Positions 45,467-52,909 of a DNA stretch of 64,000 bases are shown piece by piece; the stretch's first letter is position 1, and every line of letters begins with the position of its first letter. The position numbers and the translations under genes were made by a program. The notes beneath the pieces were generated by a model that saw nothing but the letters and a program-made list of their open reading frames with translations, was not told the origin of the DNA and made no database searches. Source of the stretch: Bryobacterales bacterium (GTDB lineage Bacteria > Acidobacteriota > Terriglobia > Bryobacterales > Bryobacteraceae); contig CAVVLT010000005.1 of assembly GCA_963749105.1 (NCBI GenBank), positions 160,299-224,298 on the forward strand. Direction: 5' to 3'.

Positions 45467-46261
45467 ATGCTACCTCAAGACTCACATTTGTCCGATCCGG
45501 AGTTGCTCAGCGCGGCGGACGGCGAATTGACGGCACGGCGCCTGCGAGAAGTGCGTGCCCATTTGCATTCATGTTGGACTTGCCGAACCCGTATGGCTGA
45601 GTTGGAACACACCATCGCAGATTTCGTAACGACTTACCGATCCGTTTTTGATCGTCAGCTTCCGGCTGAGGATCTGTCGGCGGCGCGGTTGAGAGCAGGC
45701 GTTGCGCGGTTGATCTCGAAGCCGGTCAAGCGCTTCTCGATGTTTTCTCGTGAAGCGTCCTGGTACTGGAGGTGGGCCATTCCGGCGCTATTGATCCTGG
45801 GCATATCGTTTTGGACCGACTCATACTTTGGCAAACGGCGGACTGCGTTAAGTCCCGAAACGCAAATTGTTCCTAATTCGCGTCTTACGCCAGGTGAAGT
45901 CAGATTGGTGTCGACGGAAGAGGTGTGCCAGGTGAACGCGCAAATCGAGCAGCAGCGAATACCAGAAGAGCTGAAGCGGGCGGTGTTCTATCAATACGGA
46001 TTTAAGCAAGCGCGGGAAGACGCATATGAGGTTGACTACCTGATTACGCCTGAATTAGGCGGCTCGACTAGCATTCAGAATCTCTGGCCGGAACCGTATT
46101 TCAGTAGAAAGTGGAACGCTCACGTGAAAGATGCACTGGAAGAACGGTTGCACAAGCTGGTTTGCAGCGGCGATCTCGAGCTATCGACGGCCCAACGCGA
46201 AATAGCCGCGAATTGGGTCGACGCTTATAAGAAATATGTGCAGACAGACGATCTGCGGTAG
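45467..46261 (+). CDS. Anti-sigma factor (zf-HC2) with one TM and a periplasmic HNH-like (degenerate) domain
   Basis: 264 aa. HLHSCWTCRTRM matches the H-x3-C-x2-C anti-sigma zinc motif. TM segment WYWRWAIPALLILGISFW. C-terminal region YEVDYLITPELGGSTSIQNLWPEP...HVKDALEERLHKLVCSGDLELSTAQ. Starts 6 nt after the sigma gene. Confidence 0.8.
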   Translation: MLPQDSHLSDPELLSAADGELTARRLREVRAHLHSCWTCRTRMAELEHTIADFVTTYRSVFDRQLPAEDLSAARLRAGVARLISKPVKRFSMFSREASWYWRWAIPALLILGISFWTDSYFGKRRTALSPETQIVPNSRLTPGEVRLVSTEEVCQVNAQIEQQRIPEELKRAVFYQYGFKQAREDAYEVDYLITPELGGSTSIQNLWPEPYFSRKWNAHVKDALEERLHKLVCSGDLELSTAQREIAANWVDAYKKYVQTDDLR

Positions 46262-46294
46262 TCGTTCTGTGGAATCGCTTTCAAGATGAGCCAT

Positions 46295-46355
46295 CGCCTT
46301 CGCCTTGCCTTCATCGAGTCTGTCTAGATAGACTAGCGGGCAGGCAAGGAAGGCG
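46295..46355 (+). promoter_or_regulatory. Stem-loop whose 3' arm contains the Shine-Dalgarno sequence of the downstream cytochrome c gene
   Basis: CGCCTT(CG)CCTTGCC at 46295-46309 pairs with GGCAAGGAAGGCG at 46343-46355: 13 bp with a 2-nt bulge. An inner stem AGTCT/AGACT sits in the loop. The 3' arm AAGGAAGG ends 4 nt before the GTG start at 46360. Confidence 0.35.
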
Positions 46356-46359
46356 TTCG

Positions 46360-47229
46360 GTGTCTCGTAAATATTACTCTGCAAAAATCAGCACCAATCA
46401 TCGATGGCTTATCCGCGTTCTCTTGGCATGCACAGTCGCTGGTCTGTCCATTCTTTCTTCACAAGAGCCCGATGCAACGCGCCAGCGCCCTCCTGCGGGA
46501 CGCGGTTCTACGCGTGAGTTTCTCGGCCTGGGCCCGGCTCCCGATGCTGCCGCTGCCAAGAAAGGCGAATCTCTCTATAAACAGAATTGCGCGGCGTGCC
46601 ACGGAGAGACAGCGCGCGGAGCGCAAGGCCCTAATCTGGTGCGTTCGGTAGTGGTTCTGCATGACGAGAAAGAAAACGAAATTGGTCCGGTCATTAAGAA
46701 CGGGCGTCCGCAGGCAGGAATGCCGCCGTTCCCTCAACTCTCGGCAGACGACATCCACAACATTTCTGAATACATTAAGCTGCAAGTCGAACAGGCAGCT
46801 AACCGCGGCATCTACAATCAGATCTATGCCGGATCGAAAAACGCGCTTCGCGGCGACCCCAACAAGGGAAACGAATTCTTTCAGGCCCATTGCCGCGGCT
46901 GTCATTCCGCCGCGGGTGATCTGGCGAAGATCGGCGCAAAGTTCCCCGAAGCTTCCTTGATGCAGAGCCGCTTCCTCTGGCCCGCATCCAAAGAACCTGA
47001 GCGCGCTACGGTCTCAACTCCATCGGGCGAAAGCGTCACCGGTTCTATCGTCAAACTCGATGACTTCGACGTCGCGCTGCGCGATTCCAATGGAGAGTAT
47101 CATTATTGGCCAAGATCACAGGTGAAGGTGAGCGTTGTGGACAATTTGCAAGGGCACCGTTCGCTTTTACCGATCTACACTGACGCTGACATACATAACG
47201 TAACCGCCTATTTGGAGACTCTGAAATGA
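46360..47229 (+). CDS. Dihaem c-type cytochrome with a C-terminal non-haem beta-rich domain (partner of PQQ dehydrogenase 1)
   Basis: 289 aa with a signal/anchor helix WLIRVLLACTVAGLSIL. Haem sites CAACHGE and CRGCHS. C-terminal block SGESVTGSIVKLDDFDVALRD...DIHNVTAYLETLK is shared with the 48888 gene. 4-nt overlap with the next gene. Confidence 0.85.
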   Translation: MSRKYYSAKISTNHRWLIRVLLACTVAGLSILSSQEPDATRQRPPAGRGSTREFLGLGPAPDAAAAKKGESLYKQNCAACHGETARGAQGPNLVRSVVVLHDEKENEIGPVIKNGRPQAGMPPFPQLSADDIHNISEYIKLQVEQAANRGIYNQIYAGSKNALRGDPNKGNEFFQAHCRGCHSAAGDLAKIGAKFPEASLMQSRFLWPASKEPERATVSTPSGESVTGSIVKLDDFDVALRDSNGEYHYWPRSQVKVSVVDNLQGHRSLLPIYTDADIHNVTAYLETLK

Positions 47230-48848
47230 TTGGGCTCTCAAGAGTTCTCATTCTGGCCACATCACTGAGTGGCATCCTCAGCGCGCAACTTCTGGACCCC
47301 GCCGCGCTGACCCTGTTCAACCAACCCCCAAATGTCTGGCCCACCTATAACGGAGATTATTCCGGACGACGCTTTAGCAGCCTTAGCGAGATCAATCAAG
47401 CCAACGTAAATCTTCTGAAGATTGAATGGGCCTATCGCATTTCCGGTATCGGGCCGCAAAGAGGAGTGGGCGCGCCAACCATCAAGTCGACGCCGTTGAT
47501 GGTGAATGGCGTTCTTTACTTCACTATTCCCGACCATGTTTTCGCGCTCAATGCAATAACGGGCGCATTGCTCTGGCAGTTTGACTTTGAAGACCACGGC
47601 GGACATTTAATTGGTCAGCGCGGCGTGGGCATGTATGGCAACTGGCTCTATTTCTTGACGCCCGACGGCTGGTTCATTTCGCTGAACGCCAAGGATGGCA
47701 AGGAGCGCTGGCGGCATAAAGTTGCCGACGAGAAGCTGCAATACTTCACAACCATGTCGACCATGATCGTCAAGAACCATGTGTTGGTAGGAGTGGGCGG
47801 CGATGCAATGGATGTGCGCGGCTATCTCGAAGCGCATGATCCGGAAACCGGCGCGCTGCAGTGGCGTTGGTGGAGTGAACCCCAAAAGATGGGGGATCCC
47901 GGATCGGAGACTTGGCCGAACCAGGCAGCCATGGACCACGGAGGTGGTATGACTTGGCTTCCTGGCACGTATGATCCCGAACTGAACTTACTGTACTGGG
48001 GAACGGGCAACGCGAATCCTGTATTCGCCGGCCAAGGCCGGCAAGGCGCAAATTTGTATACGGCGTCTATTGTCGCGCTCAACGCCGATACCGGCAAACT
48101 GGTCTGGTGCTTTCAGGCCTCTCCGCACGACACGCATGATTGGGATAACGTCGAAACTCCGGTTTTATTCGACGCAACGATAGATGGGAAGCCGCGTAAA
48201 CTTCTCGCACAGGGCGCGCGCTGCGGCTGGTTTTTTGTGCTCGATCGCACGAATGGTCAAAATTTAGTTTCGAAACCCTTTACCGGAACCGGCAACTGGG
48301 CAAAGGGAGTGGATAGCAAAGGCCAACCGATTCCCGATCCCGCAAAGGAACCTCAAGTAGACGGATCCATGATCGATATGCCAGCCATGGGAGCCACCAA
48401 TTGGCCGCCCCCCAGCTACGATCCGCAGACAGAACTGTTCTATTTGAATGGCACCGAAGGCTACGGAGTGGCTTACCTTTACGACACATCTCCTGAGCCC
48501 GCAGGTTATGGTGGCGGCGGCGGAGGCAACTTTGACACGCGATCCAGTTTGTTCGCGATAGACATTCGCACCGGCAAAATTAGCTGGAAGCATTCACACC
48601 AGAGCATCGCTTCGAGAAACGATGGGGGCATGAGCGGCGGAATTTTAACCACAGCGGGCCATCTTTTGTTTACCGGAGATTCGGGGCAGTTCGTGGCGTT
48701 CGACCCTGCCGGCGGCAGCATCCTGTGGCACCAGCGGCTCACGGCGGCCTTAAGCAATGGTCCGTCGACGTATATGTTGGGCGGCAAGCAATACATCATC
48801 GCGGGCGCGGGCGATACGCTCTACGCTTTGACGCTGGCGGGTAAGTAA
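47226..48848 (+). CDS. PQQ-dependent dehydrogenase, eight-bladed alcohol-dehydrogenase-like family (divergent)
   Basis: 540 aa with a signal peptide. WPTYNGDYSGRRFSSLSEINQANV, DHGGGMTWLPGTYDPELNLLYWGTGN and SPHDTHDWD are colinear with quinoprotein ADH/MDH signatures. Confidence 0.85.
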   Translation: MIGLSRVLILATSLSGILSAQLLDPAALTLFNQPPNVWPTYNGDYSGRRFSSLSEINQANVNLLKIEWAYRISGIGPQRGVGAPTIKSTPLMVNGVLYFTIPDHVFALNAITGALLWQFDFEDHGGHLIGQRGVGMYGNWLYFLTPDGWFISLNAKDGKERWRHKVADEKLQYFTTMSTMIVKNHVLVGVGGDAMDVRGYLEAHDPETGALQWRWWSEPQKMGDPGSETWPNQAAMDHGGGMTWLPGTYDPELNLLYWGTGNANPVFAGQGRQGANLYTASIVALNADTGKLVWCFQASPHDTHDWDNVETPVLFDATIDGKPRKLLAQGARCGWFFVLDRTNGQNLVSKPFTGTGNWAKGVDSKGQPIPDPAKEPQVDGSMIDMPAMGATNWPPPSYDPQTELFYLNGTEGYGVAYLYDTSPEPAGYGGGGGGNFDTRSSLFAIDIRTGKISWKHSHQSIASRNDGGMSGGILTTAGHLLFTGDSGQFVAFDPAGGSILWHQRLTAALSNGPSTYMLGGKQYIIAGAGDTLYALTLAGK

Positions 48849-48887
48849 ACATCCGAGGGTCAAATGCTGGTAACGTAAGAATATTCA

Positions 48888-49964
48888 ATGACATTCACAA
48901 GTGCCTGCGTCCTGCTGCTTGCTGGTTTCATCCCCTTTTGCGCTTTCGCACAATCACCCGGCCCGCAATTACCCGACGCGCCGAATCGAGAAACCGTTCA
49001 ACGCATATGTTCATCGTGTCATCCTGCCCAAATTATTCTTGGGCGCGGCATGACTCGCGAACAGTGGGGCGCCATCGTTTCGAACATGATCAGCCGTGGG
49101 GCTAAAGGCTCGGACGAAGAGTTCGCGCAAGTTGTCGATTATCTCGCCAAGAATCTGCCCCTTACTAAGGGGGCGGGCATTCCAACGGCGCAAACCAAAG
49201 CGCCGCGCCCTCCGAACCTCATTGACCAGGCAGGCGCCAACGACAAGCAGGTAGTAGACGACGATGCGGCAGCGCGCGGCAAGACCGTGTACATCGCTGA
49301 GTGCATCACCTGCCATGGAACGAAAGCGCGCGGCGGCGAGCGCGGGGCAGACCTGGTGCGATCGTTGGTGGTTCTTCACGATCGCTATGGCAGCACCATC
49401 GGACCTTTTCTGGCAAAAGGCCATCCAGAGGGAAAATCGCTCGCACTCACGCAGGACCAGATTGTGGATCTCTCTCACTTCCTGCACCAGCAAGTGGGCA
49501 ACACACTGCGAACCGGGCCCTTTAACAGCGTGCTCAATGTTTTGATCGGAGATCCCAGAGAAGGAAAGGCTTTCTTCAACGGACCTGGAAAATGCAGTGA
49601 ATGTCACTCGACAACCGGCGATTTAGCTCACATCGCCAGCAAATATGATCCCCCCGTTTTGCAGTTGAAAGTGGTTTTTCCGCAGACGGCCGCTTTCGGC
49701 CGCCGAACTGCGGTAAACTCACGCAAGCCGGTCACCGTGACGGTAACCACTTCCTCGGGCGAAAGCGTAACCGGCGTGCTGGACGAAATCGACGATTTCA
49801 GTGTGTCCTTGCACGACGATTCAGGCCGCTATCGCAGTTTTCAACGCGGGCCTGGAGTCAAGGTCGAGAAACACGATCCGTACGCCGGTCACGTTGCGCT
49901 GCTCGATGAATATACCGATAAAGATATTCACGACGTGGTTGCTTACCTGGAGACCTTTAAATGA
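48888..49964 (+). CDS. Trihaem c-type cytochrome with a C-terminal non-haem domain (partner of PQQ dehydrogenase 2)
   Basis: 358 aa with a signal peptide. Haem sites CSSCHP, CITCHG and CSECHS. C-terminal block SGESVTGVLDEIDDFSVSLHD...DIHDVVAYLETFK. 4-nt overlap with the next gene. Confidence 0.85.
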   Translation: MTFTSACVLLLAGFIPFCAFAQSPGPQLPDAPNRETVQRICSSCHPAQIILGRGMTREQWGAIVSNMISRGAKGSDEEFAQVVDYLAKNLPLTKGAGIPTAQTKAPRPPNLIDQAGANDKQVVDDDAAARGKTVYIAECITCHGTKARGGERGADLVRSLVVLHDRYGSTIGPFLAKGHPEGKSLALTQDQIVDLSHFLHQQVGNTLRTGPFNSVLNVLIGDPREGKAFFNGPGKCSECHSTTGDLAHIASKYDPPVLQLKVVFPQTAAFGRRTAVNSRKPVTVTVTTSSGESVTGVLDEIDDFSVSLHDDSGRYRSFQRGPGVKVEKHDPYAGHVALLDEYTDKDIHDVVAYLETFK

Positions 49965-51550
49965 AGTTTCTTTCCGTAATATTGTTGACGCTGCTTCCTC
50001 TTCTAGCTGGGCCTGACGCCGCTCCAGGAGGTGGCATGGATCCTTCCGTCCTGTTGCATCCTCCGATTGACTCCTGGCCCACCTATAACGGCGATTACTC
50101 GGGCCGGCGTTTCAGCAGCCTGACTAAGATCAACGATCACAATGTCAAATCGTTGAGCCTCGCTTGGATGTATCAACTCCCAGGCGGTGGCGACTCTTCC
50201 GGCGGGCGCATTTCGGCAACCCCGCTGTTAGTCAATGGGGTTATGTATTTCACCGTGCCCGATAAAGTTTGGGCCATTGACGCGCTCAGCGGCCGCCAGA
50301 TCTGGAGTTACACGTGGACCTCCAAAGGAGGCATTCACCTGGGCAATCGAGGCGTCGGCATTTCCGGCAATTCGCTCTATTTCGAAACGCCGGATTGCAA
50401 TCTTGTCTCGCTCAATTTGAATGATGGCAAGAAGCGCTGGAATCAGGCGATCTGCGATCTGGATCAGATGTATTATGCCTCCGTCGCTCCCGTCGTAATC
50501 AAGAATCACATCATTACAGGCGTCAGCGGTGACGATCTGGACCGCCCTGGCTATTTGGAAGCACGAGATCCCGAAACAGGCGATCTGCAATGGCATTGGT
50601 CAGTCGTCCCCAAGCCTGGTGAACCGGGCTCCGAAACATGGCCGAACGCAGATGCCATGGAGCATGGCGGTGGTATGACGTGGCTGTCTTGCACTTATGA
50701 CCCGGATTTGAACATGCTGTTCGTCGGCACTGGTAATCCCCAGCCGGTGATTGCGTCCAAAGGTCGCGAAGGCGCTAATCTTTTCACCGAATCGATTGTG
50801 GCCCTCAATGCCGATACCGGCAAAATGGTTTGGTATTTTCAGCCTTCCCCGCATGACACCCACGACTGGGACGCCATTCAGACGCCCGTTCTCTTTGACG
50901 GTGAGATCGACGGAAAGAAGCGCAAGCTAGTGGCACAAGCGAGCCGCAATGGATGGTTTTTCGTGCTTGACCGCGAAACCGGGAAGAATTATGTCAGTTC
51001 CCAATTTGTGAAAACGAACTGGGCCAAAGGTGTAGATGCCAAAGGTCAGCCCATACCTAATCCAGCCAAGGAGCCGCAGATTGCCGGTGCGCTGGTCTCA
51101 CCCAATCAAGGAGGCGCCGCTAATTGGATGCCGCCCTCGTTTAGTCCGGCGACCGGCTTGTTTTACATCAACGCCACGCGTGCCTTCAGCATCTACTACA
51201 TTTTTGACACCGACGACAAGCCAGAGGGATGGGGCGGCAATGACCAGGGTGGCTGGGCGGAGTCGATGCTGGAAGCCCTAGACTACCGCACGGGCAAAGT
51301 CCGCTGGAGTCACAAATGGGAGACGCCGGGCATTCGCGGGGGATTGCTAAGCACCGCCGGTAATCTCGTGTTTGCGGGTGATCCGAGCAACAATTTTGTT
51401 GCACTGAATGCTACAACTGGCGAGCCGCTATGGCATGCCAACCTCGGTAAGTCTGTCTCGAACGGCGCGATCACTTACGAACTCGACGGCCGCCAATATG
51501 TGGTTGTGGGCGCAGGCGACAAATTATTTGCTTTCGTCATGAATCAATAG
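49961..51550 (+). CDS. PQQ-dependent dehydrogenase, paralogue of 47226..48848
   Basis: 529 aa. WPTYNGDYSGRRFSSLTKINDHNV, EHGGGMTWLSCTYDPDLNMLFVGTGN and SPHDTHDWD. Colinear with the upstream paralogue. Confidence 0.85.
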   Translation: MKFLSVILLTLLPLLAGPDAAPGGGMDPSVLLHPPIDSWPTYNGDYSGRRFSSLTKINDHNVKSLSLAWMYQLPGGGDSSGGRISATPLLVNGVMYFTVPDKVWAIDALSGRQIWSYTWTSKGGIHLGNRGVGISGNSLYFETPDCNLVSLNLNDGKKRWNQAICDLDQMYYASVAPVVIKNHIITGVSGDDLDRPGYLEARDPETGDLQWHWSVVPKPGEPGSETWPNADAMEHGGGMTWLSCTYDPDLNMLFVGTGNPQPVIASKGREGANLFTESIVALNADTGKMVWYFQPSPHDTHDWDAIQTPVLFDGEIDGKKRKLVAQASRNGWFFVLDRETGKNYVSSQFVKTNWAKGVDAKGQPIPNPAKEPQIAGALVSPNQGGAANWMPPSFSPATGLFYINATRAFSIYYIFDTDDKPEGWGGNDQGGWAESMLEALDYRTGKVRWSHKWETPGIRGGLLSTAGNLVFAGDPSNNFVALNATTGEPLWHANLGKSVSNGAITYELDGRQYVVVGAGDKLFAFVMNQ

Positions 51551-51630
51551 AGCGAGGGTTGTATGCCTTCGTGCTCCCGCGACTGCTCAACTCGTGTCCC
51601 CAGTCGTGCGCAACGCAGCCGGTGCCAAGC

Positions 51631-51996
51631 TCAAAGCTTCTTTGTCAACTTGTTCACGATGGTGGTCACCTGCGCTTCACTAGCATCCTCAATCAAGATC
51701 AAAAGCAAGTCTGTCTGCGACCAATCCTTCCAGATACGGCGCAGTATCTCTAAGCCTCCCCCAGAGCCCAGCCCTATCACGCCCGCTGCGACCCGCACCT
51801 TCTGCGACTCGGAGGACAGCAACATCACGACGCACAGAATCAACCCGCACACCACCAAGCCGGTAACAAATAGGAAAATGCGATATTCCCGCTGGCGGTG
51901 CTTGCGTAGCGCCTGCTTGACCTTCAAGGAAGCCGAACCGCCCGCTTTGAGAAATTCACCTGCTGAGTTGCTGAGGACGTCCTTTAGATTTGCCAT
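51631..51996 (-). CDS. Small membrane protein, last gene of the orphan four-gene cassette
   Basis: 121 aa with a basic N-terminal segment (KVKQALRKHRQREYR), one clear TM (IFLFVTGLVVCGLILCVVMLL), a Gly-rich weakly hydrophobic segment (VAAGVIGLGSGGGLEIL) and a C-terminal helix-like tail. Its ATG at 51996 lies 41 nt inside the 3' end of the upstream gene. No family recognised. Confidence 0.5.
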   Translation of the reverse strand: MANLKDVLSNSAGEFLKAGGSASLKVKQALRKHRQREYRIFLFVTGLVVCGLILCVVMLLSSESQKVRVAAGVIGLGSGGGLEILRRIWKDWSQTDLLLILIEDASEAQVTTIVNKLTKKL

Positions 51997-52909
51997 TGTG
52001 GTTAGCCAGTAGCCTTTTCATCTCATTTCGAAGGATCTGAACAACAATGCCCCGAGCTTCCAGGTAGCCGAAGTTGCCCGTAGTCAATAGGCCCAGGGTG
52101 TCGGCAATGCACCTCGCAGCCCACACAAATTCAATCTCATTGGCGAACTGAATTGTGCGGATACTGTGCTGCCGCCGCGAGGCAATATAATCGGCCGGTA
52201 TTGTGGAGGTGCATACAGGCAAGTCCAGGACCCCCTTGAAGGTTGGCGCTATCGCCTCCTCCAGCGCCTCTTTCGTCTGCATTTTATCGTAGAGTTCCAG
52301 ACGATTCCCTTGTCTTAGCAACTCCGCGAACAGCTCGTTCAGTTGTTCGCGGATGCGGGCGTGACGGGTAACAGCATGCTCTAAGATCAGGGTGCCCTCA
52401 GCGCTCCTGCTGCTTGCGGGGGCGTAATCCAGCGCAGCCGCAAAGATCTTGACCAATTGAGAAATATCCGGGCCGGCAAGGCTAAGCTGCGAGCGAAGCC
52501 AAGCTGATAAGTCATCCTGATTGCTCGCGAGCCGGGCCATGAAGGGCAACGTCGAATCATGCTCGCTGAAATCCTCAAACGTAACCTCCGGCCCTTTCCA
52601 GTGTGCAAACAAGATGGCGATCTGTTTGGCCTCGGTAATCGACCGTACATCCTGTAAAGTTGCGTCGCGACATACCATTGCCCCGGCGGCCGATGCTAAG
52701 TCGAGCACTTTGCAAACCGGGTCGGCAACCAGTTCTCGATACTCAAGCTCCCAGCGGCAACGCAAATACTTCTCCCGCTCTTCCGCGTCTAGATCGCGAT
52801 CGAAATACTTCGCCAGCCAGTCCGATTCGCCAGCGCGTGATCGGAAACCATCCCAGGTCAAAGGGATTGCGACGGCGATCCCCACATCCCGGAGTTCGCT
52901 AACGGACAA
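51956..52909 (-). CDS. Hypothetical protein with a possible CHAT/caspase-like His-Cys arrangement
   Basis: 317 aa. TTG start at 52909, 6 nt after GGAGG inside the end of the upstream gene. By-eye resemblance to CHAT: a strand followed by His (TLILEHAVTRH, His178/183; alternatively AILFAHW, His103), then GNRLELYDKMQTKEALEEAI....GVLDLPVCTS (Cys233), then EIEFVWAARCIADTLGLLTTGNFGYLEA. Not verified by any search. Confidence 0.45.
   Translation of the reverse strand: MSVSELRDVGIAVAIPLTWDGFRSRAGESDWLAKYFDRDLDAEEREKYLRCRWELEYRELVADPVCKVLDLASAAGAMVCRDATLQDVRSITEAKQIAILFAHWKGPEVTFEDFSEHDSTLPFMARLASNQDDLSAWLRSQLSLAGPDISQLVKIFAAALDYAPASSRSAEGTLILEHAVTRHARIREQLNELFAELLRQGNRLELYDKMQTKEALEEAIAPTFKGVLDLPVCTSTIPADYIASRRQHSIRTIQFANEIEFVWAARCIADTLGLLTTGNFGYLEARGIVVQILRNEMKRLLANHNGKSKGRPQQLSR

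Noticed and set aside
47226-51550. The idea that the two PQQ dehydrogenases are lanthanide-dependent XoxF/PedH-type enzymes served by the nearby TonB receptor (lut-like uptake).
   Set aside because: The diagnostic extra Asp two residues after the catalytic Asp (W-D-Y-D) is absent; the sequences read W-D-N-V and W-D-A-I. Other canonical metal ligands also do not align by eye, so there is no sequence support for the lanthanide call.
51563-52012. A 149-aa plus-strand ORF after PQQ dehydrogenase 2.
   Set aside because: It lies antisense to the small membrane protein gene and the 3' end of the CHAT-like gene. Its Ser/Arg/Cys/Thr-rich composition has no structure-like pattern.
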